64,000 nucleotides of DNA from an uncultured Gammaproteobacteria bacterium (GCA_964466835.1 CAYXNV010000001.1:7870-71869), one strand, 5' to 3'. Numbered from the stretch's first letter, positions 17,434-25,864 are shown. Translations and numbers: made by a program. Notes: generated by a model not told the origin, from the letters alone.

Positions 17434-20172
17434 TTATTTTAATTCTCCCCAATTATTACCCTGACTTTGATCTACTATGATAGGAGTTTTCAATTTAATT
17501 ACTTCTTCCATGATTTTTTTTATTTTTTTACTATAAAAAGGAATCTTATCCTTTTTTATTTCAAAAATCAACTCATCATGAACTTGTAGTATCATTTTAA
17601 TTTCTTTTTCCTGATCAGCAATTAATTCGTTTACTTTTACCATTGCCATTTTTATTAAATCAGCTGCTGTCCCTTGGATAGGAGTATTAATAGCCATTCT
17701 TTCTGCTCCTTTTCTTACGGGAACAATATTAGAGTTGATTTCTGGTAAGGGCCGCTTTCTTCCAAACAGGGTGATAGCATAACCGTTTTTTTGTGCTTCT
17801 TTAACAAATTTATCCACCATTCTTTTTATGCCAGGGTAGATGGTAAAGTATTTTTTGATAAATTCATTAGCTTGCCAATAAGGGATAGATGCACTTTGAC
17901 TAAGACCGTGAGGCCCTTGTCCGTACAGAATGCCAAAATTAACTGCTTTAGCTTCTCGGCGCATATTTTTACTCACCTTATCTAATTTTACCCCATTTAT
18001 TTCAGCAGCGGTGGTAGAGTGAATATCTTCATTATTTTTAAAAGCAGCAATCATCTTTTTATCATTAGACATGTGAGCGGCCAAACGTAATTCAATTTGT
18101 GAGTAATCAAAGCCAACTAATTGATAATCCTTTTTGGCCACAAAAGCTTCTCTGATCTTTCTACCCTCATCGGTTTTAGTGGGAATATTTTGTAAATTAG
18201 GTTCGGTTGAAGATAGTCGTCCAGTAGCAGTGATAGTTTGGTTAAAATTACTATGAATTCGTTTGGTTTTAGAATTGATCATGGTTGGTAGGGCATTTAA
18301 ATAAGTGGTTTGAAGTTTGTTTAGCTCACGATATGATTGGATTAAAGAAATAATAGGGTGTAGTTCAAATAATTTAACTAATTCTTCTTCAGCGGTAGAA
18401 AAGCCAGTTTTAGTTTTCTTTATTCCTTCGGTAGGGATCTCCAATTTATCAAATAAAATTCCTTGAAGTTGTTTGGGGGAGTTGATATTAAATTTAGTTT
18501 TAGCTAGACGATATATGTCTTTTTCTAATTTATTAAGTTTAGTGCTTACTATTTTATTTAAATTAACAATTGGTTTACTACTAAAACCAATGCCACTGTT
18601 TTCCATTTTACCCAGAACTGTAATCAGAGGTATTTCTATTTTATTCAATAGATCAATTAAATTTTCAGTTTGGATTTTTTTCTTTAATATATTGACTAGA
18701 CGATTAGAGAAGTCAGCATCTTCACAGGCATATAAACTTAGTTTATCAGGATCTAATTCTTTAAAGTCTAAAGTTAATTGTTTCGGTTGACTGTCAGCTA
18801 AATTATTTTTATTAATTTTTTCAAAACCAAGCTCAGAAAAGACTAGAGAATCTAAATTGTGTTGGCGATTACTAGGATTGAGGAGATAGGAGGCGACCAT
18901 TGTATCAAAAGCTATGCCTTTTAATTCTATGTTCTGATTTTTCAATACTCGCCAATCAAATTTTAGATTGTGTCCATATTTTTTTATCTTGGGATTAGCT
19001 AAAATTGGGGCTAATTTTTTAAGCCAAGTTTTTTTAGCTAGCACAAAGTAGGCTTCACCTTTTTGCCAAGAAAAACTAATGCCCAAAAGTTCAACCGTAA
19101 TTGGGTCTAAGCCAGAAGTTTCTGTATCTAGAGTAAAGGCCTTTTGAATTTTTAATTTTTTTAAGAAAACATTAAATTTTTTATCATTATCAATTAATTG
19201 GTACTTAAAATCTTTTGCATTACGAGCAAATTTATCTTCTTTTTCTTCTTGACTATCAGGATTAGCTTTATCCATTCTATCTCTCAGTTCTTTTACTTTA
19301 TTTAATAGAGATTTAAAGTTTAGATCACTAAATATATTTAAAACTTTATCAACGGGGAAAGAGGCAAAGGCAGCTTCGGGCAGAGAAAATTTAAAAGCAA
19401 TTTTACGCTGGATGGTTGCTAGTTTTTTACTTAAGTAAACATTCTTTTTTGAGGTTTTTAACAATTCTGAAGTCCGGGGTTTTATTCTCTGGTCATTTTT
19501 AGCAACAGCCTTATAGATATTTTCAATATTTTTGAAATTAATTAATAACTCAATCGCTGTTTTCTCGCCAATACCTTTAGCGCCAGGAATATTATCACTA
19601 GGATCACCTCGTAGAGCCTTGTAGTCAATAATTTGTTCTGGACTTAAATTATATCTTTCTCCTACTTTATCTTCATCATAGAGGATGCTATCTGATAAAC
19701 CCCGGCTCATGGTGTATACTTTAGTTTTTTTATCTATTAATTGCAGGGTGTCAAGATCGCCAGTTATGATAATCCGCTCTAATTTTTTTTCTTCTTTAGT
19801 TTTTTCACAAATAGCACCAATCAAATCATCAGCTTCATAGCCACTTTTTTCAAAAATGGGAATATTAAAAGCTTTAACCACCTCTTTTACTAAAGGAATT
19901 TGTTCATATAGCTCATCAGGCGCTTTTGTTCTAGTGGCTTTATAATCTTCATATTCTTCATGGCGAAAAGTTGGACCAGCTTTATCCAAAGTCAAAACAA
20001 CGAATTCTGGTTTAAATTCGTTTAATGATTTTAACAGGAAAGAGGTAAAACCATAGACAGCGTTCACTAATTGTCCTTTGCGTGTCCTAAGAGTAGGAGG
20101 TAAAGCGTGAAAACTACGATGAATTAAGGCATTTCCGTCAATAATTATTAACTTTGGTTTAGTTTTAGACAT
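17434..20172 (-). CDS. polA: DNA polymerase I (5'-3' exo, 3'-5' exo-like and polymerase domains)
   Basis: This 912-aa protein contains LIIIDGNALIHRSFHA, DYSQIELRLAA and LQVHDELIFE. Confidence 0.95.
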   Translation of the reverse strand: MSKTKPKLIIIDGNALIHRSFHALPPTLRTRKGQLVNAVYGFTSFLLKSLNEFKPEFVVLTLDKAGPTFRHEEYEDYKATRTKAPDELYEQIPLVKEVVKAFNIPIFEKSGYEADDLIGAICEKTKEEKKLERIIITGDLDTLQLIDKKTKVYTMSRGLSDSILYDEDKVGERYNLSPEQIIDYKALRGDPSDNIPGAKGIGEKTAIELLINFKNIENIYKAVAKNDQRIKPRTSELLKTSKKNVYLSKKLATIQRKIAFKFSLPEAAFASFPVDKVLNIFSDLNFKSLLNKVKELRDRMDKANPDSQEEKEDKFARNAKDFKYQLIDNDKKFNVFLKKLKIQKAFTLDTETSGLDPITVELLGISFSWQKGEAYFVLAKKTWLKKLAPILANPKIKKYGHNLKFDWRVLKNQNIELKGIAFDTMVASYLLNPSNRQHNLDSLVFSELGFEKINKNNLADSQPKQLTLDFKELDPDKLSLYACEDADFSNRLVNILKKKIQTENLIDLLNKIEIPLITVLGKMENSGIGFSSKPIVNLNKIVSTKLNKLEKDIYRLAKTKFNINSPKQLQGILFDKLEIPTEGIKKTKTGFSTAEEELVKLFELHPIISLIQSYRELNKLQTTYLNALPTMINSKTKRIHSNFNQTITATGRLSSTEPNLQNIPTKTDEGRKIREAFVAKKDYQLVGFDYSQIELRLAAHMSNDKKMIAAFKNNEDIHSTTAAEINGVKLDKVSKNMRREAKAVNFGILYGQGPHGLSQSASIPYWQANEFIKKYFTIYPGIKRMVDKFVKEAQKNGYAITLFGRKRPLPEINSNIVPVRKGAERMAINTPIQGTAADLIKMAMVKVNELIADQEKEIKMILQVHDELIFEIKKDKIPFYSKKIKKIMEEVIKLKTPIIVDQSQGNNWGELK

Positions 20173-20241
20173 ATATTAATTTTATCATTTTTAGGGAGTG
20201 GGAGCAAAAGGAATTTATAAAAAATTATCATAAGATAAAAT

Positions 20242-20269
20242 AAAGGCGCCGAATAGGGGCGCCTTTTTT
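20242..20269. terminator. GC-rich terminator-like hairpin upstream of polA
   Basis: The sequence aaaGGCGCC-gaatagg-GGCGCCtttttt has T-runs on both strands. Confidence 0.5.
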
Positions 20270-20339
20270 ATACGCTTGCGCGTGGGAAGTTTTATTCACT
20301 CTTGTGAAAAACAAAAAATAGAAATTTGTCTTTACCTAA

Positions 20340-20508
20340 GTAGGCCATAACGTCCTTCTCCAGGTATCCATCTTTGATTTCAAAGGGGAGAAAACGTTAG
20401 CGTGGATACTCATTAAGGTTAACCATGCTTTTTGCCTGCAACCCTCTTCGCTTAGTTCAAGGCTGTCGAAACAACCAGGAAGGAGCCAAGGAGGGACAGG
20501 AAGCCTAC
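20340..20508. ncRNA. unassigned structured RNA candidate A (family not recognised)
   Basis: The segment is GC-enriched and ORF-free. A closing helix forms between 20340-45 and 20503-08. An 11-bp hairpin spans 20349-20398. Its loop (20364-70) is complementary to 20403-09, giving a possible pseudoknot. A second 16-bp arm spans 20435-20500. Confidence 0.45.
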
Positions 20509-20629
20509 AAAATAAAGATCTTAGAAAACAATAGATTGTCTCCATCACGATCTTGTTTTTGTAAAAGAAAATGAGTTTGTGTCGTTAAACGACAAATAGT
20601 CTAGCTACCTTGTAGCTTTTCTGTGAAAC

Positions 20630-20910
20630 TAGATAGGGTTGAGATTAAGTCGCCAAGTCCGTAAAACCAAAATTATCTTTATGGTTTTTCTCTTTTGCCT
20701 TTTTATGCAAGCAAATGGATGCGAAAACGAATCGCAAATGGTCGCTTTCGGTTTAGGCAGTAGAGTTAATGGATTTGACGGTATAATTGCGGCGAGCGCA
20801 TCTAATTCCACAGAAGGGAATAACAATGAACGAATATAGATCATAACCCCTCTGTTTTGGTGTAATTAAATTATACATAGAAATAATTAAAAGTCAATTA
20901 TCTTTATATA
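20630..20910. ncRNA. unassigned structured RNA candidate B (some RNase P-like motifs; not confirmed)
   Basis: The segment is GC-enriched. Helices form at 20663-69/20682-88, 20720-24/20732-36, 20788-91/20797-800 and 20810-18/20848-55. There is no credible ORF. Confidence 0.35.
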
Positions 20911-20916
20911 AAAGAA

Positions 20917-20936
20917 GCGCCTCAAATATGAGGCGC
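20917..20936. terminator. GC-rich terminator-like hairpin
   Basis: The stem-loop is GCGCCTCA-aata-TGAGGCGC. On the minus strand it is followed by ttcttttatat. On the plus strand it is followed by ctttaggtttgtt. Confidence 0.5.
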
Positions 20937-21012
20937 CTTTAGGTTTGTTAGATCTTTTTGTAAGTTTTTTAAAAAGATAATTTCCGCAATAGTCGCGGTA
21001 GGGGCATTTTAG

Positions 21013-21187
21013 TTCTGTTTACCAGAATCGGGCTTATAGTCTGTCACTCTATCAAGCCCTCAAGCTAGCCGAATTTAGTTTTGCGGCTAGAGTTGAGTGA
21101 TGATCCGGCAAATACCAGCCCATTCATGCAATTGTTTTTTTGGTGAAATAGTTTTACGGGCAGGTAGCCTATCAATGGTAAACAGAA
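21013..21187. ncRNA. unassigned structured RNA candidate C (or MITE-like element)
   Basis: A perfect 12-bp closing helix forms between 21013-24 and 21176-87. Nested helices lie at 21030-34/21166-70, 21065-71/21084-90 and 21114-21/21158-65. Confidence 0.45.
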
Positions 21188-21347
21188 GGTTTCGGGCTCC
21201 CTTAAAAACGGGAATGGTAAAGTACTATTCATGATCCTCCTGTTTGATTATGCTTCTATATTGGCAAATTATTCAAAAAAAGTCAATATTAGGAGTTTAT
21301 TTAACATTTCTTTGTTTTCTGGTAGAATTAGAGGGAAGATAAAATAT

Positions 21348-22337
21348 ATGAAAAAAGTAGGATTATTTTTTGGCGGATTAAGTAATGAAGCTGAAGTTTC
21401 AATTATGTCCGCTAAAAATATAGTTAAAAGTTTTGATTATAAAAAATATAAATTAGTCTTAATCTATTGGCATAAGCAAGATGGTTATTTTTATAGAGTA
21501 AAGAATATTAATAATTTGAAGGTTGTTAAAAAAGATAGAATTCAAATTGAAAATTTTTCTAAAATTTTTGATGTTGCCCTATTAATGACTCATGGCCGTT
21601 ATGGTGAAGATGGTGTTTTGCAAGCAATGTTAGAGGGCCAGGGGATTAAATATTGTGGTTGTCGTGTTTTAAGTTCAGCTGTTTGCATGGACAAAGGAGT
21701 TTTTAAAGATTTATTAATTTCTAAAAATATCAGACAAACTAAATACTCAGTTTTGGATTATAAAAAATTTAGTGAAAGAGAAATACAAGCAGAAAAGAGT
21801 AGAGTTAGAAAGAATTTTAAACTTCCGTTATATGTTAAGCCGGCTAATTCAGGCTCTTCGGTTGGCATAAGTAAAGTAGAGAAGTATAAAGATTTAGATT
21901 CAGGTATTAAGCTAGCTTTGAAGCATGATTCTAAAATTGTAATTGAAGAAGGTTTTATAAATGCTAGAGAGATAGAGGTGGCGGTGTTAGGGAATAATAA
22001 ATTAAGAATTTCTAAGCCTGGTGAATTGAAATTAGTTAAAGATTTTTATAATTACGATGATAAATATAAATTAGGACAAGCCCAAAGCATTATTCCTGCT
22101 AAATTAACTCCTGCTCAAGTCAAAGAAATACATAAAATTGCCAAAGAAGCTTATCAGCTTTGTAATTGTCAGGGATTTGCTCGAATAGATTTTTTTGTTC
22201 ATCGAAATAAAATATATCTTAACGAAATTAATACTTTGCCCGGCTTCACTGATATCTCTATGTATCCAATGTTGATGATGAGTACGGGTATGAGTTACAA
22301 AGAACTAATTAATGCGATTATAAAGCTGGGATATTAA
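21348..22337 (+). CDS. ddl: D-alanine--D-alanine ligase
   Basis: The start MKKVGLFFGGLSNEAEVS is preceded by the SD gagggaag. Further motifs are HGRYGEDGVLQ and EINTLPGFT. The track's start at 21231 is an unsupported extension. Confidence 0.9.
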   Translation: MKKVGLFFGGLSNEAEVSIMSAKNIVKSFDYKKYKLVLIYWHKQDGYFYRVKNINNLKVVKKDRIQIENFSKIFDVALLMTHGRYGEDGVLQAMLEGQGIKYCGCRVLSSAVCMDKGVFKDLLISKNIRQTKYSVLDYKKFSEREIQAEKSRVRKNFKLPLYVKPANSGSSVGISKVEKYKDLDSGIKLALKHDSKIVIEEGFINAREIEVAVLGNNKLRISKPGELKLVKDFYNYDDKYKLGQAQSIIPAKLTPAQVKEIHKIAKEAYQLCNCQGFARIDFFVHRNKIYLNEINTLPGFTDISMYPMLMMSTGMSYKELINAIIKLGY

Positions 22338-22357
22338 CTAATTTATATAAATTGAAA

Positions 22358-22392
22358 TAAAAAAGACTACTTTAATATAGTAGTCTTTTTTG
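22358..22392. terminator. bidirectional rho-independent terminator
   Basis: The sequence aaaaaaGACTACTttaatatAGTAGTCtttttt lies between ddl (+) and tRNA-Ala (-). Confidence 0.7.
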
Positions 22393-22466
22393 TGGACCAT
22401 AAGGGACTCGAACCCTTGACCCCCTGCTTGCAAAGCAGGTGCTCTAGCCAACTGAGCTAATGGCCC
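22393..22466 (-). tRNA. tRNA-Ala (anticodon TGC)
   Basis: The reverse complement is gggccattagctcagttggctagagc...ttTGCaa... A G3-U70 pair is present. Confidence 0.9.
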
Positions 22467-22490
22467 ATTAACAGGTTTTTTTATTATACA

Positions 22491-22739
22491 CTATTTATTG
22501 TATTTGAAAAGAGGACTTAGTAGCCATTCGCCAAAGGCTGATCCACTGCCGGTCATTACAATAATTCCGATGACAATGAGTAGAATACCAACAATTTTAT
22601 AACCTAAACGTGAACCACCTTCAGATCCTAGTTTATCCTCAAACCAACCAATCCGACCGAAGTTTTGCAAAAACCATTCGGTCTTAATTACTAGGAAGCA
22701 ACCAGCCACGGTCATTAATATCCCTATAAATATATTCAT
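22491..22739 (-). CDS. small two-TM membrane protein (82 aa)
   Basis: It has two hydrophobic helices. Its start is 1 nt from the stop of the upstream LysM/M23 gene. Confidence 0.55.
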   Translation of the reverse strand: MNIFIGILMTVAGCFLVIKTEWFLQNFGRIGWFEDKLGSEGGSRLGYKIVGILLIVIGIIVMTGSGSAFGEWLLSPLFKYNK

Positions 22740-22740
22740 A

Positions 22741-24045
22741 TTATTTTATATAGTTTAAAGGATTATATTTTTTTCCATTAATAATAACTTCAAAGTGAAT
22801 GTGTGGCCCAGTTGACCAACCAGTTGAGCCCATAGCAGCAATGTGTTCACCCTTATCAACATAATCACCCACTTTAACAAATAATTTAGAAGCATGAGCA
22901 TAGCGAGTTTTTTTACCACCACCATGATCAATCACTACATTATAACCATAACCTCGACTCCAGCCAGAATAGGTAACCTTTCCCGCGTCAGCCGCATAGA
23001 GAGGAGTGCCACTCTTATTACCAATATCTAGACCAGAGTGACGCCAAGAGAAATACTGGGTGATGCGATGGCCTTCAGTTGGCCAAGCCATTTTATTACC
23101 ACTAACTTGTTTGCTTGGAGATTTAACTAAATCTTTAATAACCGAGACTCCAGTATAACTACGACTAGTAGTTCGAGCATAACTAATCTTTTTTCCACCT
23201 GGAATCATTAATTTTTCACCGATTCGTAGAATTGAACCTAAGTTATTATAATTTCTAATTTTATCTTCAGTAACACCATAGGTGCGAGCAATTCTCGCTA
23301 AAGTATCCCCTCTCTTTACTGTATATTGAATACCACTATAAGGCAAGATGGTCAGCTTATCACCTGGCCTAATTAGACTAAATGAACTTAAATTATTAGC
23401 CCAGAGAATTGTATTAACACTAATGCCAAATTTTCTAGCAATCGTACTAACAGTATCTCCTCTCTGAACTGTATAATGTACTATTTCAGTTCGTTGGGGT
23501 TGGTCGCCCCCATCAATAGTGGTAGTAATAGTTTTTGGCTTTAAAACAGCATCTTGATTTTCAGCAAAGATCATTTGGTCAAGATCTTCAAGCTCCTGAT
23601 TGATGCTTAAACTATCTTCCTTGGACAGGGAATAGGATTCCTCAATATATTTATCTTGTTCCATTATTATTAAACTATCCAAATCAATTCCTTCTTCAAT
23701 TAATTCTTCTTCAACAACGCTAAAATCTCTTTTAACTAAATCAGACATAACAGTGGAAGAAATTTTAGTTTCCAGAGCGCTAGCTTTATTATGGCTGGCG
23801 ATATTGATAAAAACAATTAGAAATGAAAGAACAAAAACAAAGAAAATAGCTGATTGTTCTTTTATTATCCTATCTGGTGATTTTTGAACTATTTCATTTT
23901 TTTTTAAACGAAAAAGTTCATAATATATTTTAACTAATATTCGATAAAAAAGTAGTTTAAAGATGAAACGGAAAAGATTAGCTAATAATTCGAAAAGCTT
24001 AGTTAATAGGGTTTTTATTAATAATAGGAATTTTATAGCAATCAA
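22741..24045 (-). CDS. LysM-domain M23 family metallopeptidase (membrane-anchored)
   Basis: Two LysM repeats are present (YTVQRGDTVSTIARKFG and YTVKRGDTLARIARTYG). M23 motifs are HSGLDIG and GPHIHFEV. Confidence 0.85.
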   Translation of the reverse strand: MIAIKFLLLIKTLLTKLFELLANLFRFIFKLLFYRILVKIYYELFRLKKNEIVQKSPDRIIKEQSAIFFVFVLSFLIVFINIASHNKASALETKISSTVMSDLVKRDFSVVEEELIEEGIDLDSLIIMEQDKYIEESYSLSKEDSLSINQELEDLDQMIFAENQDAVLKPKTITTTIDGGDQPQRTEIVHYTVQRGDTVSTIARKFGISVNTILWANNLSSFSLIRPGDKLTILPYSGIQYTVKRGDTLARIARTYGVTEDKIRNYNNLGSILRIGEKLMIPGGKKISYARTTSRSYTGVSVIKDLVKSPSKQVSGNKMAWPTEGHRITQYFSWRHSGLDIGNKSGTPLYAADAGKVTYSGWSRGYGYNVVIDHGGGKKTRYAHASKLFVKVGDYVDKGEHIAAMGSTGWSTGPHIHFEVIINGKKYNPLNYIK

Positions 24046-24190
24046 ACCAAGTTCAACTGCTATTTTTTTAAGTTGGTTCTTTTTATTATTACTAATATGA
24101 TTATAACTAGATGTAATTATACTATCATTTTTAAACTTTTATAGTCAATTTGTGGTATAATATAAAAAAATAATTAAAATATATTATTAT

Positions 24191-24898
24191 ATGTATAAAA
24201 TTGTTTTGATTCGTCATGGGCAAACTGCTTGGAATAAAAAAGGAATATTTTGTGGTTGGTCAGATATCAATTTAACTAAAAAGGGGAGAGAAGAGGCGAT
24301 TGAGGCAGGTAAAGAATTAAGAAGAAATAAATTTACTTTTGATTATTCCTTTACTTCTTTGCTTAAACGAGCTTCCATAACTTTAAAGTTAATTTTGAAA
24401 GAATTAAAATCACCCAAAATTCCAGTAGAGATTGATTGGCGATTAAATGAAAGACATTATGGTGATCTTCAAGGTATTAAGCATAGTGACATGGCAAAAA
24501 AAGTAGGAGAGGAACAAGTTTTTATTTGGCGACGCAGTTATGATGTCCGACCCCCCAAGATGAGGAAGAATCATCCTTATAGTTCTAAAAATGATCCCAG
24601 GTATAAAGGAATAAAAGTACCGGACTCAGAAAGTTTAAAAGATGTAGTAGAAAGAGTAGTCCCTTTTTGGAAGGAAGAAGTTATTCCAAAAATCAAAAAA
24701 GGGAAAAAAATTATTATTTCTGCTTCAGGTAATAGCATGAGAGCATTAATAAAATATTTAGATAAAATTTCCTCCAAAGATATTAGAAAGCTAAACATAC
24801 CAACTGGCGTTCCCTTGGTGTATGAATTAGATCAAAAATGTAAACCTATTAAAAGTTACTATTTAATAAAGGGAAAGAAAATAAAAAAGAAATATTAA
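24191..24898 (+). CDS. gpmA: 2,3-bisphosphoglycerate-dependent phosphoglycerate mutase
   Basis: It contains LIRHGQTAWNKKGIFCGW, ERHYGDLQG and SGNSMRAL. Confidence 0.85.
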   Translation: MYKIVLIRHGQTAWNKKGIFCGWSDINLTKKGREEAIEAGKELRRNKFTFDYSFTSLLKRASITLKLILKELKSPKIPVEIDWRLNERHYGDLQGIKHSDMAKKVGEEQVFIWRRSYDVRPPKMRKNHPYSSKNDPRYKGIKVPDSESLKDVVERVVPFWKEEVIPKIKKGKKIIISASGNSMRALIKYLDKISSKDIRKLNIPTGVPLVYELDQKCKPIKSYYLIKGKKIKKKY

Positions 24899-24907
24899 TT
24901 AATATAT

Positions 24908-24941
24908 AAAAAAGACTCTTTGAATAAAAGAGTCTTTTTTA
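24908..24941. terminator. bidirectional rho-independent terminator
   Basis: The sequence aaaaaaGACTCTTTgaataAAAGAGTCtttttt lies between convergent genes. Confidence 0.75.
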
Positions 24942-24952
24942 TATTATATAAT

Positions 24953-25864
24953 CTATTTTACTATTACATCAAAAGGTTTAGTATTACCGTATGCTTTGGG
25001 GCCTTCTTGGCAAAACTTTTTTATATTCTTTTTAAAATAAGGCGGCTTAGATTTTTGAATTTTACCAATTAAGTAATAAGTCAGAGCCATCACTAAACTA
25101 TTATTAATCTTTTTGGGTAGATTTATTTCCCAACGGTGCTTAGACTCACCAAAATATTTGTTTTTACCCAGACTAATAACCAATTCTTTTTCCCAGGGGA
25201 TAACGAATTTAGCATGGCGAGCCTCTCCATAGGTAAAAGCTCTAACATTTAGATGAGGGCCAAACAATTCATTCTTTTTAATATCTAGCATTGGCACTAT
25301 TTCTGCAAATTCATCAGGAAGGACAAAAGAATAGGCTTTATATTTTTTAAAATTCCTTGGCAATTTTTGTTTTTTTACAAAAGTTTTAATTTTTTTTACT
25401 TCTTCCTTCTCGGTTGATAACACCATTCCCAGATAAGTGGAAATATTATAAGTATATGGCTCTGGTATTTTTTTATAATTAATTACTTCATCGGCTACTT
25501 TAGCTCCACTAGAATCTGGATTACAAGTTAATAAAGTTGTTTTCAATCCTTTTTTCTTTGCTAGTTTCAATTCCCAGACGGCATCTTTCTCTCCAGAAGC
25601 CGAAATAATAAGTGCCTGTTTAATAGCTTTATTTTTAATAAGTGGAGAATATGATTTAATAATGTTTTTAAAATTACTTTCATTAGCAAAGATAGCTAGT
25701 TGTTTAGAAAAGATAATTTTACCAGTATTATAGGCATTACCACTGCCAACCACAATTGGAAACTGAAATTTTTTTAAATCCAATCTTGGTGGTTTATTTT
25801 TCATAAAAAAATTTAGAGCGGAAATAACTCCTTGATCTAAATTTATTAATTTATCTTTATTCAT
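24953..25864 (-). CDS. SIS-like (sugar isomerase-type) domain protein, function uncertain
   Basis: The pattern VVGSGNAYNTG ... IISASGEKDAVWELKLAKKKGLKTTLLTCN resembles SIS domains. I see no firm family match. Confidence 0.35.
   Translation of the reverse strand: MNKDKLINLDQGVISALNFFMKNKPPRLDLKKFQFPIVVGSGNAYNTGKIIFSKQLAIFANESNFKNIIKSYSPLIKNKAIKQALIISASGEKDAVWELKLAKKKGLKTTLLTCNPDSSGAKVADEVINYKKIPEPYTYNISTYLGMVLSTEKEEVKKIKTFVKKQKLPRNFKKYKAYSFVLPDEFAEIVPMLDIKKNELFGPHLNVRAFTYGEARHAKFVIPWEKELVISLGKNKYFGESKHRWEINLPKKINNSLVMALTYYLIGKIQKSKPPYFKKNIKKFCQEGPKAYGNTKPFDVIVK

Noticed and set aside
20461-20510. SRP RNA (ffs) hypothesis from ACCAGGAAGGAGCCAAGG, plus the CTGTTTACCA strings at 21015 and 21176
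   Set aside because: The flanks resemble E. coli 4.5S RNA (ACCAGG...GCCAAGG). However, the conserved apical GGAA tetraloop and the AGCAGC symmetric-loop motif of helix 8 are missing. The CTGTTTACCA strings are the two arms of an inverted repeat.
20336-20844. Three track ORFs (20336-20548 minus, 20629-20844 minus, 20639-20839 plus) in the polA-ddl spacer
   Set aside because: They overlap each other on opposite strands and lack an SD. They also coincide with the base-paired, GC-rich segments. I treat the region as non-coding RNA.
20280-20860. tmRNA (ssrA) hypothesis for the non-coding locus
   Set aside because: On the minus strand I noticed GGGGUUAUGAUCUAUAUUCG (from 20850) and an in-frame ...ELDALAA string. 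However, there is no stop codon after the tag-like sequence and no T-arm or acceptor 3' half. A G3-U70-compatible acceptor pairing is also absent, and no UUCGAC-type 5' element sits in the right context.
20671-20907. 12-nt direct repeat aattatctttat (20671-82 and 20896-907) as a possible target-site duplication
   Set aside because: The repeat is AT-rich and short. By rough estimate, several such matches are expected by chance at this composition. There are no inverted repeats or mobility genes between the copies.
21231-21347. N-terminal 39-aa extension of the ddl ORF (track start 21231)
   Set aside because: The conserved Ddl N-terminus MKKVGLFFGG begins at 21348 and is preceded by an SD (gagggaag). 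The extension has no similarity to Ddl and overlaps the structured non-coding region.
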